Below, piece by piece: positions 25,235 through 37,569 of a DNA stretch of 64,000 bases (position 1 is its first letter; every line of letters begins with the position of its first letter). Location: the NCBI RefSeq assembly GCF_036321535.1, contig NC_087436.1:12896001-12960000 (forward strand), given 5' to 3'. This DNA comes from Camelus dromedarius (lineage: Eukaryota). Both the position numbers and the translations under genes were made by a program. The notes under the pieces are model-generated. The model was not told the DNA's origin. It saw only the letters and a list, made by a program, of their open reading frames with translations, and searched no databases.

Positions 25235-27285
25235 GCATCCGGCCTGTGGATCGAGGGGAAGGACGGAAGGGATGGAGAAGGTATGAGTACGGACAGGGAA
25301 GGAGGATTGTCATGTGGATAGTTATACCCTGGCTCCGAAGGCAGGGGACATGGACTTCAGTGTGTCCTCTGCAGGGACGTGAATGGGTGCCCTCTGGTCA
25401 CCTAATCTTTCTGCCAGGGGCGTTTACTGAATGATCTATAAGGTCCTTTCTACTTCACTTGGTATTTGGATCTTGATTTTGCTTTTGGACTCCCAAATTC
25501 CTTCAGTCTGGATATGAGCACCCAGATGGGTTTGGGAAGAATCAGACATTCTCACTCAGTTTTATTGTTAAGCAGTGTGCAAATGGCAACATCTCCTGTT
25601 TTTGAGCATCACTGTGTGGCATCCTGGGGAAGTAAGGTGGCCCTCACAAATCAGTTTTTCAAATAAGCAAGTGTTTGCCTTTAAACACTGAACTGTTTCG
25701 AGTAACCATTTTCAGAGACTTCTTACATTTTGTCTTACCTTCTTTGCAAGCTTCCAAGAGCTAGAGAAGGACAAATTATTTTTATCATATGTGGGCTGAG
25801 CTCCTCCAGCGATGCCTTCAGGACTCAGCAGTAGTTGTGTGCTGTCATCCTTTATAAATTGGGGCTCTCTACTCTGCTTTATGGATGTGTTGCCTTTCCA
25901 AGTTCTGATCCCTGCTTCACTCTCAGAATGTTGTGACGTGCACCCTTCTGGCACCACTCCTTATGGCTTCCAATTTCCTATTTCTTATCTGCTGTGAGAT
26001 AACAAACCATATTTACTCCAGGATAACTTGAGCAAGTAGAGCCTTTGTGGCTAACTAGTGAGCGAAGCCCTAAAGCTCCATTTAGCTCTCAGGCTGGGTT
26101 GTTTTAAGCCCTCTGTGGCTTATTTCCTGGCTCTCAGGGTGGGTGAAGCTTTAGCCTTTATAAGTCATGTCTCAAGTAATAACCTTTAGGTAAGTGAGAT
26201 GCTACTGTGTGGTAAAAACGAGTTACCTGACTCCTCCTTTCTTTGTTCATTCTTTGGAGCTGTGGACAATAGTAATCTCCATCTCTCTCTCTGGCATGAT
26301 TGGCAGCTCACTGAGTTGCTAGGTTATTAAAAGAAGGCTTGGGAATCAATTAATGCTTGCTGCTGAAACAGACAGATCTGCAAATGCCGGTGAATAGCAT
26401 AATGGAAGTTTATTTATGCCTCAAGCAGGGTCTGATACGATGCAGGTTGGCTGGTCCTTCTCCATCCAAGGTAGGGCCAGGCCTGGGAGTGACTTAGATC
26501 AGGTCCAGCACTGTCCCATAGGTCAGAGCTTAGCCACGTGGCCTCAGCTGTATGCGAAGGCGGCTGAGAATGGAGAGAAGCACATGGCTGCCAGCGAGCC
26601 CTGAGAGTTCCTGCCACAGATGTCTCAAACTGAAGTCGTAATCGGTGAGAGTTTGGACTAGATGATTTCCAAGATTTCTTCCATCTGGAAGACCTTAAAG
26701 ACCTTGGTATGAAACAGTGCAACTTGGCTTCATTCGAAGGAAAATAAGCAGGGTGGGTTAATTGTGATTCCTTTGATTAGAACCTCTCTTGTTAGAGTTG
26801 TTTCTAAAATTGTGCGACGATTCTGCCACAGGGTGTGAGTTTATCCCGTCATTAAGACTTGGTATGCGGTGGATCCATTAGGGTAAGCTGAACTTGGCTC
26901 AGTGTAGGACTCCAGTCTCCAACGGCAGAAAACCTTTCAGGTTGCCAAGTACTGCTGTAGGTGGTGTTAAATGGTGCTGATTAGAATCTCTGGAAATTGC
27001 TGCAATCTAGCCTCTCAAGATTGCAGAACCTCCTCTTACACCCTGGGCTCTCCTGTCGCCTCGCCATAGTGGCTGTGTGAATTTCTGTGCTCGGTGAACT
27101 TTCTGGCTGACAATCCCCTAACTGCTAGGTAAGCCTCCCCGGAGTGTCTTCCATCTGCTTTCTGTCTCTTTACTCTCTCCATCTTTCTTTACATCACTTT
27201 GTAAAAACAAACCTCCCCAGCTGGCCTCTGGCTCTCGCAGCCTCTCCTTTCTCCCAGGGCTTTGCTTCATCCCATTAGATCAATT

Positions 27286-27469
27286 CTTTTTTTTTAAATC
27301 AATGCTTGTTGATTTCTTTAAAAAATTTTAAAAATTTATTTAATTTACTTTTTGAATGGGGAGGTAATTAGGTTTATTTATGTATTTAATTTTAGAGGAG
27401 GACTGGAGATTGAATCCAGGACCTTGTGCATGCTAAGCATGTGCTCTACCACTGAGCTAGACCCTCCCC
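27286..27469 (-). mobile_element. tRNA-Ala-derived SINE (camelid vic-1-like)
   Basis: Reverse complement GGGGAGGGTCTAGCTCAGTGGTAGAGCACATGCTTAGCATGCACAAGGTCCTGGATTCAATC contains A and B boxes, followed by the tail ...aaacctaattacctcccc and an A-rich end. Confidence 0.85.
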
Positions 27470-28788
27470 ACCTCACATCCATTCTTATAACCGTACCTTC
27501 TTTCTGTTGCCTCTTGCACCAAAGGGTTTTCACAACGTGGCGGGCACTCATCTGGATTTCTTAATTTCTTCCCCTCCCACGGCCCCCCATGTGGAGACCC
27601 CCTTCTTAACAACATACCCCTCAGGAACTCCTTTCAGTATCTCTCAATATTTTTCATGGTCAAGGCAGAAAGGGATTTCTCTGCAGTTCTCAGAGTGACT
27701 CCAAGTCCTAGTGTCCGTCTGGCCTGAAGGAGTCTCTTTTTCTTCAGATCACTGTCAGAAAGCGTAACGTCAACCTCTTGGCAAAACCTCACTCGCCACC
27801 CTGCACTAAATCCAATGACGGGAGCTACACTTCCAGCCTTTATCTTGTAACCAGGTCTTCAAACAGTATAACTCCAGTGTTCACACCTGAATCACACACA
27901 TGCCATAACCAGATTGTTCTCTCATACCCACCCCTGGTATCAGCACTGTGTTCATTCACTCATTCATTTACTTAATCAAACAACAGCATTCATTGGATAA
28001 ACAGCATTCAACGAACAATATTTACTGGGTACCTAGCACCTTCCAGGAAGTGGTCTTGGTGCTGGGGAGGCAGCGGGGAGCAGAATGGGCACCCTGTCTG
28101 ACTTTGAGGAACCCACCTAGGAGGAGTGCCAGCCATTAGAAGTAGTACCTACCGTCTGGGAAGGACGTGAGGGGTGGGAAGGCCCGGTTCCTCCTGTGCT
28201 CCGTGGACCGAAAAGGACCAACCGATATTTTGTTTCTGAGTCACTCTATCCTTTGGGCCTGTGTCCTTTTTATTAATCCCCTAGCTTCTAGCCAAGTCAT
28301 TTAAATATATTAGCTTTGTGGAGGTAAAAATGGAGACCCCAAAACACCCTCGTGGGTGGTCTGACGTAAGGGAAGATTAATTAGCTTTAGTCAAAGTGTG
28401 AAGGGCTGGCAACCCGTCTCCTGAAGTCTGAGTGGTGATGAAGGCAAAGGATGCTGAGGTAAGGTGGTTCTCAGGAATAGTGTGAGGTCCCTTCTTTCAA
28501 GACACTCTCCTAATGGCAACCTTGGCTGTAAGAGACTTTATTAAGGAAGGTGTTTCCTAACATCTTAGTATCACCTTTGATTTCCTCCCCAAATTTAACC
28601 ACACTAGTTGCCAAGGCCTTTAGTGTTTCTTACATCCCTCCCTTCATTTATACCCGTGGTCATCATCCCAGATCTGTTCACATCATTCCTCGTCTTCTGT
28701 TGCCTGTCCTTGACACTGGAGGGATTTAGGTATATCGTGGATGCCACCTCCTCCCACTAAATGTTTCCTTGTTCTGTCCAGCTCTTTT

Positions 28789-29668
28789 TTTTTTTTTTTA
28801 AATTTCTTTTTCTTTCCTTATTGATGTATAGTCAGTTTACAGTGTGTCAGTTTCTGGTGTCCAGCATAATGTATCAGTCGTACATATACATGCGTTTATT
28901 CATTTTCAGATTCTGTTTCATTATAGGTTACTACAAGATATTGAATATAATTCCCTGTGCTATACAGAAGAAACTTGTTGTTTATCTATTTTATGTACAG
29001 TAGTTAATATTTGCAAATCTAGAACTCCTAATTTACCCCTTCCCACCCCCCTCTTCCCCAGCAGTAACCATAGGGTTGTTTGCTATGTGAATCCGTTACT
29101 GTTTTGCAAATAAGTTCATTAGTGTCTTCATTTTTCTTTTTCTAGATTCCACATATGAATGATATTATATGGTATTTTTCTTTCTCTTTCTGACTTACTT
29201 CACTTAGAATGACGATCTCCAGGTCCATCCATGTTACTGAAAATAGCATTATTTTATTCTTTTTTATGGCTGAGTACTATTCCATTGTATAAATATATCA
29301 CAACTTCTTTATCCAGTCATCTGTTGATGGACATTTAGGTTGTTTCCATGTCTTGGCTATTGTAAATAGTGCTGCTATGAACGTTGGGATGTAGGTGTCT
29401 TTTCGAATTAGAGTTCCCTCCAGATAAATGCCCAGGAGTGGGATGACTGGGTCATATGGTAAGTCTATTCCTAGTCTTTTGAGGAATCTCCGTACTGTTT
29501 TCCACAGTGGCTGCACCAAACTGCATTCCCACCAGCAGTGTAGGAGGGTTCCCTTTTCTCCACAGCCTCTCTCGCATTTATTGTTTGTGGACTTTTGAAT
29601 GATGGCCATTCTGACAGGTGTGAGGTGATACCTCATTGTAGTTCTGATTTGCATTTCTCTGATAATTA
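28789..29668 (-). mobile_element. Young 5'-truncated L1 (end of ORF2, 3' UTR and polyA)
   Basis: ORF 29298-29654 reads [22 protein letters not shown]...[19 protein letters not shown] tgtccagctctttt (28775-28788) / tgtgcagctctttt (29669-29682). Confidence 0.95.
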
Positions 29669-30679
29669 TGTGCAGCTCTTTTCTTAATTTTTTTTATGGT
29701 GCTGTGGTGGTTTACTTGTATTAGTAAGACGATGGATTGTGATCACCTTGTGCAGTTGCAATTTAATTTGAGTCCCCTGTAATTCCTAGTGTCCTCAGTC
29801 TCATATACTGGAAGATCAATACTTTTGTTAAATTGTATTGAAGAGCTACATAATGAAAAAAAATTTACTAAGATGGGTTACAACTAGCCAAGGCTTTTAC
29901 TTTCTAATTGTTTTTACATTTTATTTGCATTTATATTACATTTACCATAAAGTTTATTTCCTCCATTTATTTTATCATTGATCCTTTGGAATTTTATGGT
30001 CTGAATTGCATTGTTTATCCCTCACCTGACTGCAGACATACTCTCATTGCTTACCTTACATACATGCTTATGTCCTTACACTGTGTGTGCCAGCTTTGAT
30101 GGTCATAGAATTGTATTAGCTGTATATGATTGTCTTCTTCTGACTCTTTTGAGTGGACCTGATCTGCCTGTCCACACACACCGAAAGCATGTGAGATTTC
30201 CACAGCAGTCCTTTGCACCAGTCTCCGGGATGTGTCTAGATTACAAGCCAATGGTCATCCTCCCAGATTATCTGACTTTCGCTGCCTTTATATGGTAGTT
30301 CCCAGCACGTGCTGTGTATGCCTCTGGCTTTGCTTTGATGACCTGTTTTCGGTACTCGAGATGCGCTGTAGAGTTCTCGCTTGGACCTCATTTCGGTACC
30401 CTTCTTCTCCTTGCCCCCACTGAGCTGCTGCCCAACACCGAGCAGCTGGCTTTACCTCCTTTCCCCTTTTCCTGCTTGGGAAAGATGATCAGATAATATG
30501 CTGGGCTATGTAATAGGAGGGGTATAGCCTTGCATCTGTGGGGTGTATTACAGTCAGTATATAACTTAACAGCACTTTGCTTAGTTCTTGGTTCTAGAAC
30601 TGAAGATGGCTGGCATCACACGGTGGAGAGTTGATAGCTGTAAATACTAAAATTAGGCTACATGCAGTGATGAAATGTA

Positions 30680-30900
30680 CAGCCAGACCATGGGGTCATT
30701 GTGCCTGGGTTTGAATCTCAGGTCTACTATTTCTCACTAACTATGTAATCTTGGGCCCCGTGCCTCAGTTTCCTCATCTGGAAAATATGGATAACAATGG
30801 TGTCAGCTTGATAAAGTTTTAGTGTGTGTAATGAATTGCTACATATATGCTTAAAACAACGCTTGACTTACAGTAAGTGCCCAGTGCATGTTACGTATTA
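30680..30900 (+). mobile_element. MIR remnant
   Basis: cctgggtttgaatctc...tgcctcagtttcctcatctggaaaat...cagtaagtgccca. Confidence 0.7.
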
Positions 30901-31379
30901 TGAAATGTTAGTAAATATGACTTCTAGAAATGGTGAAGAAGACGATTTTGCCTGATACGATAAAGGCTGAGGATGAATTAAAAGTGGCGTTTCAAATAAA
31001 ATTCTCTTGCACTAAAAGAAGAAGCAAAAAACTTTAAATTGTGTGTTTGGTTTTCAGTGAGATGTGTGTTTCTGACAATGAAGGCAGAAATCTGTTTTGC
31101 TTACATTGGAAGCTTGTAACATCTCCTTATGGGCTGATAGAATCCCGCTTGTCTAAAGGAAGGTTCAGTAGCAATCCTTTCCTCCGCCAAAAAACAAAAC
31201 AAAACAGAACAAAACAAAACACCATGAAGGTCTTAGAGAGGCTAGGCCCCGTGATGTAAGCTGTATGAGTCCTAAAGGGGTTCCCCGCAGGGCGCTAAGC
31301 ATCGTACTTAGACTCAGTGCCAGCACCTGACCGCTCTCCGTTGTGCAGAGCGTGATTCTGGTCCAGAGTCACTCAGTGT

Positions 31380-31660
31380 CTTTTTTGGTATTGAGTTATA
31401 AGTAACATATAACATAAAATGAGTTTCAGGAGATCAACGTAGTGATTTGATATTTTTATATATTATGAAATGATGGATGCAGTTACCATCCATCACCATG
31501 CAAACTGATTACAATATTGTCGACTGTATTTGTTTGCTTGTTTGCTTTGTTTTTTTAGATTACACATATCAGTGAAATCACATGGTACTTGTCTTTCTCT
31601 GTCTCACTTAGTTCGCTTAGCACAATACCCTCCAGGTCCATCCACGTTGCCACAAGAGGC
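31380..31660 (-). mobile_element. L1 3' UTR fragment
   Basis: tttagattacacatatcagtgaaatcacatggtacttgtctttctctgtctcactt..ccaggtccatccacgttgc. Confidence 0.8.
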
Positions 31661-32003
31661 AGGAGTTTGTATTGAACAGACGAAAATGTCTTACACTTGT
31701 TTGTTGTTCAGTCTTGCTGCTTTTGCCTGCACTGGGGGAATGGTACTAGAGCACAGTAGTAGGAAGGTTGGCCTGGGAGGTCTATAAAGGGAGAATTGCT
31801 ACACCCTTGAATAAGTTATGAGGGGAGAAGGGGTGGAATGAGTAAAAGATGACGCTGTATTTTCAGCCTGGGTTAGTAGGGGGAATAGGAAAAGCTAGAA
31901 GTGAAATTTTGGGGAAGAAAGATGCTCACTTAGTTGAGGGTTTGATATGTTGAGTATGAATGAATGGCCAGTAGTCCAGGAAAAGAGATCTTGCAACTTT
32001 TTA

Positions 32004-32224
32004 TTTATTTGTTTATTATTTTTAGTGGGGGGCAGGGGGAAGTAATTAGGTTTGTTTGTGTTTATTTATTTATTTTATTTTATTGAGTTATAGTCAGTTT
32101 ACAATGTTGTATCAATTTCCTGCGTAGAGCACTTATCTATTTTTAATGGAGGTACCGGGGGTTGAACCCAGGACCTTGTGCATGCTAGGCACGTACTCTA
32201 CCACTGAGCTAGACCCTCCCCTGC
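32004..32224 (-). mobile_element. vic-1-like tRNA SINE carrying a short L1 3'-end insert
   Basis: ggaggtaccgggggttgaacccaggaccttgtgcatgctaggcacgtactctaccactgagctagaccctcccc; TSD-like flanks tgcaacttttta (31992-32003) / tgcagcttttta (32225-32236). Confidence 0.85.
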
Positions 32225-33231
32225 TGCAGCTTTTTAGATATCCAGAGCTCCAGTGCAGGAGAGAGCCGAGGGTTAAAGATATAAACTTGGGACTCATTCA
32301 TGTGGAGGCGATAATTAAAGCAGTGGAAGTTAAAGTGAAGATAATGAGAGAAGAGTCAATGGCTCAGGATGGTGGCTGGGACAGGGGTCACGCCACTCGG
32401 ATGGTGTTGGAGGGCAGGGCTCTGTGGTTAGAGTGCTGTTTTCTTATTTTCTGGAATCCCATGGACTGGAGAATCTCGAAAGATGGTTGGCATCTTGCCC
32501 CATTTTCTGAGCTCCGGCAAACTGCTTCTGAAATAGTCACCATCCCTCTCCGCAGCCCCAGGCATTAAGGCACATGTTACCTGGCTCTGCTATTCTGTCC
32601 TCCCACTTCTTTTTTACTGACCTCCTGGTCACTCCGCCATGTGCATGGAGGATGCTGACAGCCATTTAGCGTTTTACCTCTACCAAAACTCTTACCATTC
32701 AGGCAAATTGGCCTTACTTACATTTTCCCCACTGGCCTGATTTTGTATCTTTTATTCTGCTTCTTTCCAGGAACCTGTCCCACAGCTGTACTCTAAAACC
32801 TGGTATTTATCTGGAACAGATCCACCTTTTGAATCTCATCTTGCATCCCAGTCTCTGTCATGGCCTCCAAGCCTATTAGCCTTCTCAGTCTGATTGATTT
32901 ACATTTACTTTTTGAAACTGTATTTGTGGGCGGCTCCTTTTCTTCCTTTTCCCTTCTTAGATATCAGCCCTCTTCTTGCTTTAGTTCCTTCTCTGTGCAG
33001 CTGGGACTCCTGGAAGAACCAAATTAACCCTTGATCTTCCATACCTGGGCATGTATTACTGATGGTGGATCAGTCTCACTTCTGTGCTCCTCCACCTTCC
33101 AATGCTTGGGCTGCGGAGTGCTGCTGAAGGAATTCCAAGTGAGGATTTGTTCTAAGTGGATGGCGTCAGCTGGACCCTCAGTACTGCTGGGCAATTTTGT
33201 TGTATTCACCTTAGCATCTCTCCCATGACTT

Positions 33232-33873
33232 TGACACAGGAAGATAATGTGGGGCGAGAGGCTGTCCATGTCCCAGGTCTCGGTTGAGTTTTTGGGACAT
33301 GCCATGCCAAGTATGGGTCCTTGGCTTTGCACCGGAAAGAATTCAAGAGTGAGCCACAGTTGAGTAGAGGTAGATTTATTCAGAGATACCTACTCCAGAG
33401 AGAGTGCAGACTGTCTCAGAAGGCAAGAGGAAGGCCACGAGGTGTGGGAGTTGGGTGCTCAGTTTAAAGTTAAAGCACACTCCGTGGACAGTGTGGTCCA
33501 CCTCACTCAGAAGGGAGAGCGGCCACGAGGCGTGGGGCTGTTAGTTTTTATGGGCTCCACAGTGTCATGCTGACAAGTGGGAGGGTTATTCCAGCTACTT
33601 TGGGGGAGGGGGTGGCGAGTCCCAGGAATTAGGCCACCACCCACTTTTTGACTTTTTATGGTCAGCCTCAGAACTGTCAAGGCGCCTGTGGAATGTCATT
33701 TTCCATGTTAATATATAACAATGAGTGTATAGTGAAGCTCAAGGTCTAGTGGAGATCAAATCTGCCGTCTTGGTCCTCAGTGTCTACTGGGAGTTGAATC
33801 TTCCACTATCTTGGTGTTAATTACTATGTCATTCTTTGAATGGTTGTGCCCTGTCCCCTTCCTTCCTGTCTCA
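33232..33873 (-). mobile_element. ERV1 solo LTR, MER41-like, same family as 6603-7264
   Basis: The reverse complement begins TGAGACAGGAAGGAAGGGGACAGGGCACAACCATTCAAAGAATG and aligns by eye with 6603-7264 along its length; ends ...CCTGTGTCA; flanks actt/cctt (3 of 4 bases of a TSD match). Confidence 0.85.
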
Positions 33874-34924
33874 CCTTAACTCTCTTTAAGCATCATGTTC
33901 TGATCCCTTTACTCTTTGCAGGTAATCATGCCTCAGTCAGAGGGGAAAACTTGCCCCCACCATCGGACTTTTCTGTATCATGTGTGCCACGCAGTCCTCA
34001 AGGACTGAGTGAGTCTTCCCTGTCCAAACCGAGCTTATTCATCCACAGTGTACGTTTCACCCCTCCCATCTTTTCTGACGTGGCTTCTCAATTATCCTCT
34101 TTCTCTTCGATCTTTTACCCCTGCCTCGGTACTTTTCTCTTCTCTTTAGCAGGTAATATGCCCCTCCCACTGTTTGCAGTATTTCCAAATGAAGGCTGGG
34201 GGTATCTTGCCCCTGTTTGCTCAACTTCCTTCTTCAGTGCCCTGGGATGATTGAATCTGCTGCCTGTTGGCCCATGTCTGCCCAGGCCTGGCCGTATGTT
34301 AAGAGCCCTTTCCCACTTGAAGAAGGGCTCTGGAAATCTTTGCTGTTGGTCAGTGTCTGGTATCCCTTGATGCTGGACTAAGGACCTCTTGGGCAAAAGT
34401 GGCCTTCGTTAGCATCTGTCACTGTCAGGAAGTTGTGAAGAAAATGTAGCCGCTTCAGGCTAAGAGAGGACATGTAGAATTTATTATTGCTCACTTCTTA
34501 ATATTATATCCTGTAGTTGATGGAAGCTATTAACTAGTATCTTTCATATGAGAAAAAAACGTTGACTCAGTTAAGATGGGATATTGTGTTGAACAGACAA
34601 AAATGTCTTAATTTTGATTATTGTTTAATCTTGCTACTTTTACTTTTTTAATCTCTGGCTTTGGCCATACTACCCCTGCTCTGTGTATGCATTAAGGCAC
34701 TGGCGTCTTTCTCTATTAGCAATTCTGCCTTGAATTTCCTTTTAAAAAGCCCACGCTGTTAACTTTGTGTCAGGGTTTACCATTTTCCCGTAAAAAGGCA
34801 GATCTCGGATTGCCCTCTGATGAAGTGCGTGGAAGCTCTTTGAGACGAGGGACGAGGTTGACTGGTGCTCATTCTGTCCAAGTGTCCTTGACTTGGACAG
34901 AGGAAGAATGATCTAATGGATAAA

Positions 34925-35145
34925 AGCTTGTGCTGTGAAGCAAGACAGAACAGGGTTTACATTTCAGCTCTGTCACTTAGTAACCGGGCCTGGCGCATGT
35001 TCCAAAACCTTTGTAAGCCTCAGCTTTCTCGACCATAAAAAAGGAATGATAATAGGATCAACCTCACAGGGCTAGTGTGAAGATTAAATGAGATGCTGTG
35101 TACCCAGGGCACAGAGCAGTGCCTGACGCGTGGTCAACTCCCAGG
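34925..35145 (+). mobile_element. MIR remnant
   Basis: cagctctgtcacttagtaac...aagcctcagctttctc...gtgaagattaaatgagat...agtgcctgac. Confidence 0.7.
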
Positions 35146-36012
35146 AAAGTTTATCACAATGCGTCGCCTCACTTGAGTTTTGATTAAACTGAGGAGCTAA
35201 GTGAGAGCGAAAGAAAGAAATGTCAGTCTCTTGTTTTAAAAACCTCAATGACTAGTCATGTTACATGGATAGAGAGATGATCTTGCACCTCCAGTGACCC
35301 CCTAGGAAAGCTCACTGTCTTAAGTGCTGTGGAGAACTTCAGTCCCAGATTTAGTCTGCTTCTTATCACAGACGGTCCCAGGGGCCTTCTGGGCTTTGAG
35401 GATTCCTTGCCCTTCTTGGTTTAAAGTAAAGATTAGAGTAGCCTATTCCCTGACATGCTTCCACAGTTCATCTCTGGTCATATTTGCCAGTCCCATGGTG
35501 CCCATGCTCTTGGGCATGTATCTGGCCTTCCGACGTCAAGGGTATTTCCTAAGGAAAAGGCACCACCAGGCTTTGTCTTCTGTGCTTGTCCTTTGAGTTG
35601 TAATTATCCTAGTGAAAGAGGAAAACATTGATGCCATAGGAGGTAGCTGACTTGTGTCTTCCTTTTCTTATTAATTATCCTGAAACTTATTCTCATTCAG
35701 TAGTAGGAATTGGGCAAAGGGAAGAAAGAGATGCTTTCAATTTTCCTTTAACTAGAGTCAAGAGGAACAATGTCATTCACAGTACCCTTTAACAAACACT
35801 TCTTGACACACTACTTTAATTGTAAAATAAAGTCATTGAGTGGTTTTGAATAATTTCATTTATTCAGAATCATGACAGAAAACAGGTATAGTGACAGAAG
35901 AAAGAAGACATCAATTAAAATTTATTTATTTCTCCTGTAAGAAAGCTGAACAAAACAGATCATTCCTTAGAAGTTCTTTTGCATAACAAAATAGGAAACT
36001 TAGAGTTTAAAT

Positions 36013-36112
36013 TCAGTCATCCCTTGGTATCCATGGAGTATTGGTTCCAGGACCATCTGCAAATACAAAAATCCTTGGGTGCTTAAGCTTGTCATATAAA
36101 ATGGCGCAGTGT
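36013..36112 (+). mobile_element. MER2 (TcMar-Tigger) terminal fragment
   Basis: cagtcatcccttggtatccatggagtattggttccaggacc...aaaatcc...atataaaatggcgcagt matches the MER2 left end. Confidence 0.75.
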
Positions 36113-36827
36113 AGTATTATAATTAGAATATTAAGGAAAACATTTTTTTTCAGTTTAATTTCTATATGTTGTGTGTACACTTGATATATTGATATCCTTT
36201 ATGTAATCAATAAGTTATTTGTTTATGCTCACTTTATAGAAATTAGAACCTATATTTTCTATCCTAAAGGATGGTAGTAATTTTTAATTGTTGATTTTTT
36301 TTGATGATACTGTTGATTTAATTCATACTAAATCTTCAGACAAGAAATTACCATCCACTGGATGCTTCTAAGGAATGTATGTGGCAAAAATCAAGGAAGA
36401 CTTGTGGTGTAGCTTGTGTTCACAAGGATAGCGCAGAGGAAAGAACAAAACAGAACTTGAGGCAATTTCTCATCTCACTGGAGTTTGATTATTGGCAGTT
36501 AACTCAAAATTTCTGTTCAGATACAAGAGACTGTCCTCTATCTTTAAAAGCCCTTTTATTCAGATTATTCTAAGTCCTTTTGTTCTTCATTTAAATTAAC
36601 TGTGTAGAAATAGCCAATGCTGTGGGTATGTTCTCAAGAGATTGAATATTATTTCTAGCCTTACCATAAATAGACATGAATACTATTTGATTTCCAACCG
36701 TTGTCTGGTTAGAAACTTCTCATGTTGTACACTTCTCTTGATTTCTGCATTTGGAAACACAGAGGAAGTTATTGTTTACATAGAGATTGAACTGTCTAGT
36801 TCTTAAGAATGTCTATCATAAAAGAAC

Positions 36828-36875
36828 CCAGTCATGAGGTAAAAAAACCATCCAGTCATGAGGTAAAAAAACCAT
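36828..36875. repeat. Perfect 24-bp tandem duplication (ccagtcatgaggtaaaaaaaccat)x2
   Basis: Directly visible: 36828-36851 is identical to 36852-36875. Confidence 0.95.
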
Positions 36876-37569
36876 CGAAGCTTATGCACTGTTTACTTTC
36901 CTTTGAAGTATAGATTATTTTAAGTGCTGAACTGTTAAAAATAATACAAAGGCTGCTCTGTTACATTATGCATAAACAAGAACACAGTATTTCAGTGCTG
37001 GCGGATACTTTATTTCCTGGACTCATCTAACAAGAACTTTTATGCGGTATTTTTCTTGTGTAGCATCTAATTGTCATGCTTATGTCTGTTCCACTTCCAT
37101 CATCTCTCAGTGTCCAGCATAAAGAAGAGAGGTGACAGGAAGGGCAATTTATTAACCAATGTTTGACATTTACAAATTAATTAACATACTCTAGGTGATT
37201 TGATTACTTGCATTAAAAATATAGATTCTGTGTGTATTACAGCATACTTCTAATAGCACAAAATGAATTTAACAAGTTGACCTTGAGTTTTGAATCTGAG
37301 TATATTTTGAAAGAAAGATGATTTTGAGGGAATATGGTAGTATTCTGTTTTGCCATATACACTGAGAAATACAGTTGTGCTCTTATCTAAATTCATAACA
37401 TCTTAAGGCTACTTTGCTGTTATTTCTCTAAATGCACTTTAACATATGAAGTACAGTTACTACTTTTGTCTGTCATTTGTAAAGATAACTTTTTCTTTTT
37501 CTTTTTAAAGGAGAAAGATAAGCTTATCCCATGTATAAAGAGGAATTTTTCTAGAAGTTACTTTTTCTT

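Larger units (their letters stand above)
22020..25260. promoter_or_regulatory. DCHS2: CpG island covering the DCHS2 promoter, 5' UTR and exon 1
   Basis: Abrupt rise in GC and CpG density relative to the AT-rich flanks; multiple CCCCGCCC/CCCGCC GC boxes at about 22370-22440 and 22720-22750; no obvious TATA box. Confidence 0.9.

Noticed and set aside
22004..25313. Many overlapping alternative-frame and antisense ORFs around exon 1
   Set aside because: Expected in GC-rich, stop-poor DNA; low-complexity R/P/A/G/S content and no recognisable domains.
23192..25321. The 709-aa ORF as a complete single-exon protocadherin
   Set aside because: It has no transmembrane segment, and the sixth repeat is cut at a consensus splice donor, so it is exon 1 of a multi-exon gene.
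27395..27469. tRNA-Ala gene (also at about 32150, 39670 and 54600)
   Set aside because: The copies are diverged and have SINE tails and TSDs; they are SINE heads, not tRNA genes.
6603..33873. A full provirus or composite transposon bounded by the two LTRs
   Set aside because: The LTRs are inverted, each has its own flanking duplication, and no gag/pol/env remnant was seen between them.
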